Assembly: GCA_965218785.1 (NCBI GenBank)
Contig: OZ244650.1
Span: 1,568,001 to 1,632,000 of the forward strand
Source of the DNA: Nitrosopumilus sp.
GTDB taxonomy: Archaea; Thermoproteota; Nitrososphaeria; Nitrososphaerales; Nitrosopumilaceae
DNA length: 64,000 nt
Reading direction: 5' to 3'
Shown piece by piece: positions 52,595 to 64,000 of the stretch. Positions within the stretch are counted from its first letter, which is position 1, and each line of letters opens with the position of its first letter. A program made the translations under genes and the position numbers. The notes under the pieces were generated by a model, which did no database searches, had not been told where the DNA came from, and worked only from the letters and a program-made list of their open reading frames with translations.

Positions 52595-52636
52595 CAACTT
52601 TCATAAAATCACACATTAGATGATTTTTAATCTTAA

Positions 52637-52907
52637 GTTATACTTGGGACAAAATATAATAAAGAAAATTCAGTCATCAAAAAAATAAAAAGTAAATTCA
52701 CAAAAATCAAGAAAATTGAAAGATGTAAAGAATTTGGAAAAGATTCATACTATGTTCTTGTGACGATAAACATCTTACGTGATACTGATGTAAAAAAAAT
52801 AGAGACAAAATATAAAGAATAACCAAATATTGTAAAAGTAACAGTAACCCAAGCGATTTCATCCAAAGAAAATATCGCTATAAAAAAACTGCCATTTTAT
52901 ATTTGAT
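52637..52907 (+). pseudogene. Lrp/AsnC ligand-binding (RAM) domain-like remnant
   Basis: VILGTKYNKENSVIKKIK...FGKDSYYVLVTI...KYKE*PNIVKVTVT; no start codon and an internal TAA. Confidence 0.35.
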
Positions 52908-53058
52908 GTTGAAATAATAAAATTCATCCAGGCAGTTCCGTAGATTATACGGATAGGCTTGAGACCAAGTGAGCAATCCCATACGTTACAGAATCCGAAA
53001 AACATCCGAGTAAAATTCCGACATTAACACCATAAACTTTTGATCGTCACTGCATCCA

Positions 53059-54213
53059 TTAGTTTTGGATTCTTTGCGGTTCTAGTTTTTTTCTGGAAAT
53101 CATGGCAAGAAGTGTCACTCCTATTCCTATTATACAAAATACCACATACGGCGTCTCATCCCCAAATGACTGTGTGATTGGACCTCCAACAGCCGGGCCG
53201 ATTGCCCAGCCCATTCCAAAAACCGTTTCATACGCGCCAATTATTTTGCCGGAAATATTCTTTCGTGTCTTACTCAAAATTATTTCCAGAGTCAGTGGGA
53301 AGAATATGCTAAATCCGAATCCCATCAGAACCAACGCGATTGCAAAAGTGATGACTGAATCTGCAACAACGGATATGGCCAGCCCGGCAGATACTGCGAT
53401 TGTTGCGGCAATCAAAGTTTGACTTGTTTTTCTTGCAAACATTCCTGTTAATGCCAGTGACACGATTCGAGATATGCCGAAAATAAAATACAGTAATAAA
53501 ATATCCATAGGTGTCATTCCGTTATCATTTAGAAATGCCGGATAAATTGTCAAAATTATTCCAAAGGAGGACGTACAAAAAACCAGCAGAATCATCACCT
53601 CTGGAAATCTTTTCATCTCCTTAATGGACGAAAAGGAGAATCGCTGGTGGTGATTTCTAACGCTTTTTCTCGAAGCTAAAAGCGAGGTGATTATTGCAGC
53701 AGCCAGAATAAACGCCGCAGTCTGAAATAGAATTCTATATGTTATATCATGGCCTTCCAAGAGCACCGTGCCAAGCAATGGGCCTACCATGAATCCGATG
53801 GTAAAAAACATTGTAAACCACGAGATGTTTTTGACTCTGTTTTTCTCAGAGCTTTCATTGGATATTATAGACTCGCATGGCGGCCAAAAAAATGCGTGGG
53901 CCACCCCCGTCATTATTCTAAAGCCCATAATCTCCGGAACTGATTGTGCAATTGATAAAAGATAGATAGACACGGAATTAATGGCGGCACCTAACGCAAC
54001 TAGATATCCGTTGTTGAATCTATCAAGAAGAATTCCTACAAAAAGTGGAATAAACATGTAGGGAATAAAATTAACCAGTCCGATTAATCCAAGTTCAGAA
54101 TATGTCGCACCAATGACGTTTTTGGCAAATATCGGCAGAATCGGCCCGTGCAGCCCGTATGAAATTCCTATGATTAAACCGGTAATGTTGACTAGTAACA
54201 GAATTCGGTTCAT
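53059..54213 (-). CDS. MFS transporter
   Basis: About 12 TM helices; GILLDRFN motif A. Confidence 0.88.
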   Translation of the reverse strand: MNRILLLVNITGLIIGISYGLHGPILPIFAKNVIGATYSELGLIGLVNFIPYMFIPLFVGILLDRFNNGYLVALGAAINSVSIYLLSIAQSVPEIMGFRIMTGVAHAFFWPPCESIISNESSEKNRVKNISWFTMFFTIGFMVGPLLGTVLLEGHDITYRILFQTAAFILAAAIITSLLASRKSVRNHHQRFSFSSIKEMKRFPEVMILLVFCTSSFGIILTIYPAFLNDNGMTPMDILLLYFIFGISRIVSLALTGMFARKTSQTLIAATIAVSAGLAISVVADSVITFAIALVLMGFGFSIFFPLTLEIILSKTRKNISGKIIGAYETVFGMGWAIGPAVGGPITQSFGDETPYVVFCIIGIGVTLLAMISRKKLEPQRIQN

Positions 54214-54908
54214 TTGTATGCGGCAACCATTATTGCCCCGCCCATAAGATCTTTCTCAAATTCCACTCTGGAAAATTTTTCCAGCAGCAGCCCTTCCAGT
54301 CTTTTATTTTGAGGCCATCTTTTGTATGTACCGTATAGCTTTCCAAACTTTAATCCCAACCGTCCTCCGGCAGCAAATGCAAGGACTGGAAGAATACATC
54401 TTAGATAAAATGAAACACCTGCCCTGATGAACGCACCGTCGGGCTTTCCCAGATCGACGATGACAAATCTGCCCCCCTTTTTCAATACCCTGTGAATTTC
54501 AGAGATTGCAATTCTCAAGTTGATTGCATCCCTTAGTGAATATCCGCACAAGACTGCATCAAACTCCTCATCTCTAAACGGGATGTGTTCAAAAACTCCA
54601 TTTGCCATATCCGGAGACTCTTCAAAATGGATGCCTGTGTTTTTGAGCATTGGAACAAGTGGATCATAAAGCGTAATTGAAATTTTTCCATCAGTTAATT
54701 TTAGCGCCGCCTTTGACATGTTGCCAAAGCCAGAACCCGCATCTAGAATTTTGTTTCCAGGAACCACCCTTTTGGAAATACCGCGATTTCTGTGTTCTGC
54801 ATCTTTGCCAAGTGAGATAATAGAATTTACTTTATCATATACAGGAATAATCTCCTGAAGCACTTGCATTACTTCGCCCCAATAACTTCCTAAACCCATA
54901 TCTGTCAC
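54210..54908 (-). CDS. UbiE/MenG-family SAM methyltransferase
   Basis: YDKVNSIISLG, LDAGSGFG, RVLKKGG. Confidence 0.82.
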   Translation of the reverse strand: MTDMGLGSYWGEVMQVLQEIIPVYDKVNSIISLGKDAEHRNRGISKRVVPGNKILDAGSGFGNMSKAALKLTDGKISITLYDPLVPMLKNTGIHFEESPDMANGVFEHIPFRDEEFDAVLCGYSLRDAINLRIAISEIHRVLKKGGRFVIVDLGKPDGAFIRAGVSFYLRCILPVLAFAAGGRLGLKFGKLYGTYKRWPQNKRLEGLLLEKFSRVEFEKDLMGGAIMVAAYK

Positions 54909-54947
54909 CTCACGTACCTGTTTGAATAGTTTTCAAATCAAAAGATT

Positions 54948-55673
54948 TTATTCTGCAGCAAACTTTGATGTGTTTTTAGAATAGTTCTGTAAATCCGACT
55001 CTGAGATTTTCTCAAAGACTTTAGCCTCGGTCGTAATCTTTGCCATTTTAACATTATCGATACCGTCCTTTTTTTCCTCCTTTATGTTAATAGCGGCAAT
55101 AGCTAGTGCCGCTGCATCCTCCAAACCCATATCTGCGTTGTAATGTTTTTCCAAAAATGTATTTACATCATCAGAACTTGCCCCGATTGCAATGGCTGCA
55201 TACTGTACATATGTTCCACTTGGATCAGCTACATAGATTGATTCTCCCTTTTGATCAATTCCTGCAATTATCAGAGAGACTCCGTTTGGACGTACTCCCG
55301 AATATTGAGTAAATTGATGGGATTGATCTGCCAGATGTTTGGCAACTGTTGAGACTTCGACTGATTCATCATATGTCATTTTATTTCCCTGCGAAAAGAA
55401 TCTTGCACTATCTACCTGAACGCGCGCATCTGGAATATATCCTGCCGCTGCAACCCCTATATGATAATCCACCTGGAAGATTTTCTGTGTTACATTTGTT
55501 GTTTGCAGTGTTCGAGGCTTTTCCTCTACTGCCATTATGACTCCCTGTTTGGTGCAAATGCCAATGGCCAGTGTTCCTCTTTTTACAGTCTCCATGGCGT
55601 ATTCTACCTGGTATATCCTGCCATCCGGAGAATACATTGTAGGAGTCATATCGTAACCGCGTGATGCCATCAT
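54948..55673 (-). CDS. psmA: Proteasome alpha subunit
   Basis: YDMTPTMYSPDGRIYQVEYA signature. Confidence 0.95.
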   Translation of the reverse strand: MMASRGYDMTPTMYSPDGRIYQVEYAMETVKRGTLAIGICTKQGVIMAVEEKPRTLQTTNVTQKIFQVDYHIGVAAAGYIPDARVQVDSARFFSQGNKMTYDESVEVSTVAKHLADQSHQFTQYSGVRPNGVSLIIAGIDQKGESIYVADPSGTYVQYAAIAIGASSDDVNTFLEKHYNADMGLEDAAALAIAAINIKEEKKDGIDNVKMAKITTEAKVFEKISESDLQNYSKNTSKFAAE

Positions 55674-55781
55674 GATATCACAAGTTTGTACCAAGTCAAT
55701 TTAAGGGTAATTATGCTGTTTTAATACGGGCATGATCTGGAAATAGAGTTTTAAGCAAAAGCAGTTTTTTAGTCATCAAAG

Positions 55782-56165
55782 ATGTCCAATCAACTCCCAG
55801 AGTTCAAAAAAATCATTCGATCAAGACAGGTTTCAGAGCAGAGAAAACCAGACAGGCAGACTAGAAAATTACTGTTGTACCTTTTTACAAGTACCAGGGG
55901 AGGATTTACCAGATTACGCATCATCATGCACCTGCTTAATCAGCCATATAATACACACCAGCTGGCCAAAGAACTCGATCTTGATTACAAGGCAGTCCAA
56001 CATCACATGAAAGTACTAGAAAAGAACAACATGGTTTTAAAGATCGGCGAAAAATATGGTGCAATATTTCACTTGTCTAATTTCCTTGAAATCAATATCA
56101 ATACCCTTGATGAGGCAATTGAAAAACTAGACAGGAAGATGAATTACAAAAAAGTCTATCTATAA
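55782..56165 (+). CDS. ArsR-like winged-HTH transcriptional regulator
   Basis: TRGGFTRLRII...NTHQLAKELDLDYKAVQHHMKVL. Confidence 0.85.
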   Translation: MSNQLPEFKKIIRSRQVSEQRKPDRQTRKLLLYLFTSTRGGFTRLRIIMHLLNQPYNTHQLAKELDLDYKAVQHHMKVLEKNNMVLKIGEKYGAIFHLSNFLEININTLDEAIEKLDRKMNYKKVYL

Positions 56166-56206
56166 CCGATTTTTGCGATCTGAATTTTTTCATTAAACTT
56201 AAATTA

Positions 56207-57505
56207 ATGGAATTATCTGAAAGATCATCCTTGATAAAAAATGATCCTTTTGCAAATGCAACAAAGCAGGTAAATGATGCATGTGATATTATAGGAATCA
56301 AAGATGTGGAATTACGAGAGTATCTTGCAATGCCAAACAAGGTTTTGCGGGTAAAGATTCCAGTTAAAATGGATGATGGTAAAATCAGGATTTTCACAGG
56401 TTTTAGAAGCCAACACAACAATGACAGGGGTCCATACAAAGGTGGTATTCGTTACTTTAATCCCAAGGGCGGAGTAGAATACATGGAGCGTGAAGTCATG
56501 GCACTTTCCTCTTGGATGACATGGAAGTGTGCCATCGTTGATATTCCATTGGGCGGCGGCAAGGGTGCAATCTATGTCAATCCAAAGACTGAAAAACTCA
56601 GTGATGGCGAACTAGAAAGACTCACAAGGGGATTTGCGTACAAAATTTCTGAAATTATAGGACCTCAAAAAGATATTCCAGCTCCGGATGTTTACACTAC
56701 AGGAAGAGAGATGACCCAGATTATGGATACGTTTAGCAAACTTAACGGCAACAAATATTCCCCCGGCGTGATTACCGGAAAACCAATTTCAATGGGAGGT
56801 TCACTTGCAAGAAATGTTGCAACCGGACTGGGAGTAGCATATACTGTAAGAGAAGCCGCAAAGACGTTGAAAATGAAACTTAAAGGCGCCAAAGTTGTTT
56901 TACAGGGATTTGGTAATGCCTCAACGTTTGCAGGGGAATATCTTGAAAAGATGGGTGCCAATATAGTTGGGGTCAGTGATTCCAAAGGTTCCATTTCAAT
57001 TCCTTCAGGCGCAAAGGTCAGTAAAATTTTAGAATACAAGCAAAAGAAAGGCACGGTTGTCGGATTTCCAGGAAGTAAAAAAATCTCAACTGAGCAATTA
57101 CTCACCACCAAGTGTGATATTCTGGTTCCAGCAGCATTAGAGAACCAAATCAATGCAAAGATTGCAAGGAACTTGAAATGTAAAATTATCGCCGAAGCTG
57201 CAAATGGTCCGACACTTCCCGAGGCAGACCCAATCATCCATAAAAAGAACATTCTGGTAGTCCCGGACATTTTGGCAAACTCTGGCGGTGTTTGTATTTC
57301 ATACTTGGAGTGGGTACAAAACAACATGGGGTATTATTGGACATTTGACGAGGTTGCAAACAAGATGGAGAAGAATATCACAAAGGGATTCAAGGATGCC
57401 CACGCCCTATCTAAGAAACACAAAATTGACATGAGAAAGGCGACAATGGTGCTGGCAGTAGAAAGGGTTCTAGAGGCCTTTAATCATAAAGGTATTTGGC
57501 CGTAA
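56207..57505 (+). CDS. gdhA: Glutamate dehydrogenase (Glu/Leu/Phe/Val family)
   Basis: GPYKGGIR, GGGKG, PAPDV, QGFGN, EAANGP. Confidence 0.93.
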   Translation: MELSERSSLIKNDPFANATKQVNDACDIIGIKDVELREYLAMPNKVLRVKIPVKMDDGKIRIFTGFRSQHNNDRGPYKGGIRYFNPKGGVEYMEREVMALSSWMTWKCAIVDIPLGGGKGAIYVNPKTEKLSDGELERLTRGFAYKISEIIGPQKDIPAPDVYTTGREMTQIMDTFSKLNGNKYSPGVITGKPISMGGSLARNVATGLGVAYTVREAAKTLKMKLKGAKVVLQGFGNASTFAGEYLEKMGANIVGVSDSKGSISIPSGAKVSKILEYKQKKGTVVGFPGSKKISTEQLLTTKCDILVPAALENQINAKIARNLKCKIIAEAANGPTLPEADPIIHKKNILVVPDILANSGGVCISYLEWVQNNMGYYWTFDEVANKMEKNITKGFKDAHALSKKHKIDMRKATMVLAVERVLEAFNHKGIWP

Positions 57506-57512
57506 ACAGAAA

Positions 57513-57574
57513 TTCCGATTGTGTGCCTTGGATCAACTCATCTCCCAGTGGATCCGGCGGTCTGTCGTAAAACA
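57513..57574 (+). repeat. 62-bp direct repeat, left copy
   Basis: TTCCGATTGTGTGCCTTGGATCAACTCATCTCCCAGTGGATCCGGCGGTCTGTCGTAAAACA; 56/62 identical to 58985-59045 by manual alignment. Confidence 0.9.
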
Positions 57575-57614
57575 GACACTTTCAGATCTCAATGACTTTG
57601 ATCAAACAACATGA

Positions 57615-57788
57615 ATAGCACACACACAACATGAATCATTAAACATCATTCAAGGAAGGTTCGTTTACAATTTATACACAGGAACATGTCAAACTCCGTA
57701 CTTTGATGGTCATTATCATTGGTTTGCAGTAATTGTTGATGCAACAACAGGAGTTCCATTATATGCAGAAAATAAAATGGTGTTTTGA
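57615..57788 (+). pseudogene. PepSY/peptidase-propeptide-like fragment
   Basis: Start-less frame ...YHWFAVIVDATTGVPLYAENK...; VDAxTG is a PepSY-type motif. Confidence 0.35.
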
Positions 57789-58179
57789 GATGTGGAGATA
57801 AGGGGATTGGATATGTTATCGGGGAATGGCAAAATACATCCAAGTGCCTGACATATGCGATTTGCGTGGTTTAAATAATTATATCTTGTACTCGTATGAA
57901 TGTCAAAAAGCGCCATGTTTTTTGATTATCATGTGAGCACAATGACTGGAGGAAATACAAGATGAATCAGCAAGAAGAATTAGTTTTAAAAATTTTATCC
58001 TCCATACAGAAGTCCAGATTATGCCTTAACCAACCTCTCTTTTTTTCATACATCCAAGCGTTCCTTGTACATCACTGATTCACGGATTTCTGTTTCATGA
58101 TGTAAGAACAATTCAGATTGTTTTGATCTGGAAAAATAGTATGTTTGTGTGTAATTGAATTAAAATCCTGCCAAAGAAG

Positions 58180-58635
58180 TTAAAATCTCTTCAATATGAT
58201 TTTCTCTGTTCTTTCCATGAATTTAATACTAAATCTTCCAAAAATACTATTTCTTCCCAAAACCATGTAAGGTAAGGTATTTGATGCTATTGGTACATTA
58301 ACTTCAAAATTTGTGAATTCATCAAAAACTGACTCTTTATTTTTAATTAATTGGCATGTACCAATTAATGAAGATACATTACTAAATGTGCCTCCGGCAC
58401 CTACTGCATCTCTTGGCTCTTCAGATAAATCTAAATCTAAAATTTCTGCAAGTTCTCTTGGAAGAAAATTAGAAGTTGAACCTGAATCAATCAACGCTGC
58501 GGTTTTTAGATCCCGATCTTTATGAATTAGTTTTACATTGACCATTGGAAGTTTATAGGTTACATTTGTTATTGGATCATCATAATTGATATAACGCAGA
58601 GTCATGCTAGAGCGAATTCGAGATCTTGAAGACAA
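58180..58635 (-). CDS. Retropepsin-like (clan AA) aspartyl protease
   Basis: ALIDSGSTSNFLP catalytic DSG motif and downstream VLGRN psi-loop motif. Confidence 0.85.
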   Translation of the reverse strand: MSSRSRIRSSMTLRYINYDDPITNVTYKLPMVNVKLIHKDRDLKTAALIDSGSTSNFLPRELAEILDLDLSEEPRDAVGAGGTFSNVSSLIGTCQLIKNKESVFDEFTNFEVNVPIASNTLPYMVLGRNSIFGRFSIKFMERTEKIILKRF

Positions 58636-58644
58636 AATTTAGGA

Positions 58645-58845
58645 TTACAACAACATTACAGTTTCTTTAGGAATTTTCATAATGAATGGGGTTTTATCAG
58701 GATATTTTTCTTTGGCTTTTTGATAGACGTCTTTGGCATTATCGCTAGCAGATACAATTTCTTCTCCAACTACGGCAATCCAATCGCCCAAATGTTCACC
58801 TAGTTGATCACGTACAGACATGACATATTCGTACTCAGATTTCAT
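58645..58845 (-). CDS. DUF5678-like small protein
   Basis: LGEHLGDWIAVVGEEIVSAS...DVYQKAKEKYP..TPFIMKIP; 9 nt upstream of the protease. Confidence 0.75.
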   Translation of the reverse strand: MKSEYEYVMSVRDQLGEHLGDWIAVVGEEIVSASDNAKDVYQKAKEKYPDKTPFIMKIPKETVMLL

Positions 58846-58867
58846 TACCGCATCAATACTCCTATTG

Positions 58868-58878
58868 TATATATAATA
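58868..58878 (-). promoter_or_regulatory. Probable TATA box of the DUF5678-protease operon
   Basis: TTATTATATATA on the minus strand about 23-33 nt upstream of the ATG at 58845. Confidence 0.5.
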
Positions 58879-58984
58879 AACTGATTAATAATATTTAGTG
58901 ATGAATTTTCATGAGTTTATAAATGCATGAATCATTATGTTCCTTCTATTTTTCAATATAAAAGGAAGTAGTTAAGATCAGACG

Positions 58985-59045
58985 TTCCGATTGTGTGCTT
59001 GGATCAACTCATCTCCCAGCGGATCCGGCAGTCCACCGTAAAACA
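58985..59045 (+). repeat. 61-bp direct repeat, right copy
   Basis: TTCCGATTGTGTGCTTGGATCAACTCATCTCCCAGCGGATCCGGCAGTCCACCGTAAAACA. Confidence 0.9.
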
Positions 59046-59256
59046 TGCCACTGCTGTATACTGCAAATTCATCAACATCAACAGGTTTGCAAGTCGAATG
59101 TGCCCATTGCAGGTCCTGAGAAAAACCCAGAGATTGTAAATAATGGGGACATGGAAAATATGAATATTCTGACTGATCTGTCCGTGCCGGTGTACGGGTC
59201 TGATGCCTTTGCATTTGTATGTTCTCAATACCATCACAACCGGAACTTTTGGCAAG

Positions 59257-59634
59257 CTAGGCAAAATAAGATTCGTAGCAGACTAGCTGCTCAATAAACG
59301 TTATTTTTCCCCCTGTTATTTCCACCAGCCTTCTTTTGTAAGAGAGATCCACCCTTGTTCTTCTTTGTAATAATTGAATCGTTTTATCTGTGAGGTATCT
59401 TCCTTTTTTATCTCTGTCAAAAAGAATTATGAGATTCTCATATTTTGCAACCGAATCTGCAAAATCAACCATTCCTCCGAACCTGTAAAATTCCAAAATT
59501 TTTCCAGAATAACCGAGTTTTTTTAATGCGTGTGAATCCCTTTTTCCTTCAACTATCACTACGCCGTCTTTCACAGAGTTTAGCTGAAAAACGAAATTCT
59601 TTAACTCGATAATCTCCCGGTCAGAAACTAGCAC
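59257..59634 (-). CDS. Small TOPRIM-domain protein
   Basis: IVEGKRD and FDRDKKG TOPRIM motifs. Confidence 0.85.
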   Translation of the reverse strand: MLVSDREIIELKNFVFQLNSVKDGVVIVEGKRDSHALKKLGYSGKILEFYRFGGMVDFADSVAKYENLIILFDRDKKGRYLTDKTIQLLQRRTRVDLSYKRRLVEITGGKITFIEQLVCYESYFA

Positions 59635-59684
59635 GGTATTTTATTCATTATGACATATTAAGCACTTTGGTTCACAGAAAAATT

Positions 59685-60371
59685 ATGTCCGATGTTTTAG
59701 TTGTGCAAAATACCGGGATTGAGGATTCCGGATACTTGGGGGATCTCCTCAAAGACGACGGGTTTGGGATAACTTTGGTCAATGCAAAACATGAACGGAT
59801 TCCCGATGGGGATTTCTCCATGGTTGTAATATTGGGTGCTCCTGCAAGTGCAAATGATGATTTGCCTTATCTTCAGGCAGAACAGCGGCTGGTCAAAGAC
59901 AGTATTAAGGTGGAGATTCCTGTTCTCGGAATTTGTCTGGGCTCGCAGATAATTGCAAAAACCCTTGGCGCAAGGGTGTATGCCGGACCGCAAAAAGAGA
60001 TCGGATTTTACAATGATTTGGTCATTTGTGATAACACCTTATTTTTTTCTGGTTTCAAAAACCCGTTTACCGTTTTTCACTGGCATGGAGATACGTTTGA
60101 TTTGCCTGATGGAGCCGTCAGATTGGCATCATCTGAGCATTATCCAAACCAGGCATTTCAATACAAAAGTGCAGTCGGACTGCAATTCCACCTAGAGGTA
60201 GATGAGGCAATGATAAATCTCTGGCTTGACAGCACAGAAGAAAGACTGCAAAAAATAGCTCATATTGACCCGCAAAAAATCCGTTCGGACATGGATGAAA
60301 ATATTTTGATTGTAAAATCAAATATGAGGAATTTTTATTCCAACTTTAAATCATCGTTTAATATTGACTGA
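59685..60371 (+). CDS. Class I glutamine amidotransferase
   Basis: GICLGSQ, WHGD and QFHLE catalytic triad motifs. Confidence 0.9.
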   Translation: MSDVLVVQNTGIEDSGYLGDLLKDDGFGITLVNAKHERIPDGDFSMVVILGAPASANDDLPYLQAEQRLVKDSIKVEIPVLGICLGSQIIAKTLGARVYAGPQKEIGFYNDLVICDNTLFFSGFKNPFTVFHWHGDTFDLPDGAVRLASSEHYPNQAFQYKSAVGLQFHLEVDEAMINLWLDSTEERLQKIAHIDPQKIRSDMDENILIVKSNMRNFYSNFKSSFNID

Positions 60372-60685
60372 ACCTTCATGGCCGGCATTTGTATAGCTAT
60401 CTGAACTGACATGCAGTAATCTGCAACGTCTGAAAACCCCGGTTAACAATGAAATGAGGAGCTGTTCCACCCAAATGACAGCTTTGCAGATAATTATGCA
60501 AAATCTCTATAATTCAAGTGTATTTTGTCGTACGCAGATCCGGAGAACTAGATGAACCAAAAAGGTTCTATGACATGCGGTAGGCTTGAGGTCGTGACCA
60601 TATCCATAGTTATACCCAATAAAAAAAGTATAACTAATCAAACCGTACAGATAACGGAATTATCTTTTATTATCAGCATCAATAA

Positions 60686-62860
<2,175 letters not shown>

Positions 62861-63672
62861 TGTGTGAGATCGCACCGAATAACTTTACTTATTCACTAAA
62901 ATCATTAGTCGACTTTGTCGACATTTTACGCAGAGGATAGTGATCGTACCGTCAATTATTATCTTTTTTCAGGGGATTATCTTTTCAATCCTTGGAAGGT
63001 GTTTTTCGAATAATCGCTGTAATTTGTTTTGTAGTTGGTATAATCTCACCTAGTATGCCTATTTAGCAAATATAATGTTGGGATTGATTTTATATCTCAT
63101 ATTTTTCTCTATTTTAGGCTAATTGTATATAAGTAATTTAAATTCTAGAATATGATTTGCTAATAGAACCCTAATTAGCAAAAAATTACTTTGATCATTA
63201 ATTACATGTGTAATTTAATCAAAAATATGTGATAAAAATGGAAATAAACATTACTCCTGATAAGACATTGTAATTCCACTGAAATTTTTCTTTGATTTGT
63301 GTTGTATGATTTATCAAACAGGTTGATTTTAAAATTTAGGTACGCCGTACAGACGTATACGTAGGCAAGAAGACCTGACCATTTTGATTCTCAATAATTT
63401 TGAATGCCGATGTGTTAGTAATTGTCAAAGCACATATCTTTTGCCAAAATCTCCTCCAGCCTTACTATGTCTGGTAGTATGCCAAGATTCTTTGCTATCT
63501 GTGTGGGTATATTCCGTTTTTGCGCCCTTTTCATACTGCATGACTTTACTGTCAGTCTTTTTTTCATATTTTTATGATCGGTGCAGTCAAATAATCCGCA
63601 ATTATCCTTCGGATCCTGGGCGGACCTACTTTTCGTGCAATAAATGGGAGAACCGAAATAGAAAACATTTAA

Positions 63673-64000
<328 letters not shown>

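Noticed and set aside
58978-59297. Three overlapping short ORFs spanning the right direct repeat
   Set aside because: No recognisable motifs, mutually overlapping frames, and an indel between repeat copies argues against coding.

Overview
Chromosomal window from an ammonia-oxidising archaeon (Nitrososphaerota/Thaumarchaeota, Nitrosopumilus-like). Marker genes include type IB topoisomerase, copper NirK, a divergent FtsZ, 3HP/4HB-cycle enzymes and an S-layer-protein paralog. Most of the window is core: herA-mre11-rad50, split B12-dependent methionine synthase with metF, a sulfonate/nitrate-type ABC transporter, a LysW-dependent Arg/Lys cluster with two LysW carriers and two LysX/ArgX ligases, dph5, ribL/ribK, dnaG, an intron-containing tRNA-Met, psmA and gdhA. 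Between core genes lie eroded accessory patches with gene remnants and short dispersed repeats. The most notable signals are: (1) a DUF5678-like protein plus retropepsin-type aspartyl protease two-gene module bracketed by ~62-bp direct repeats; (2) a second LysW ending in Gln (EDWGQ) rather than the substrate-carrying Glu, fused operonically to a LysX-type ligase; (3) a secreted-protein gene bracketed by two copies of a ~140-bp MITE-like element; (4) a non-canonical 30/31 tRNA intron with a bulge-helix-bulge. All family assignments are from motif recognition by eye, with no database searches.
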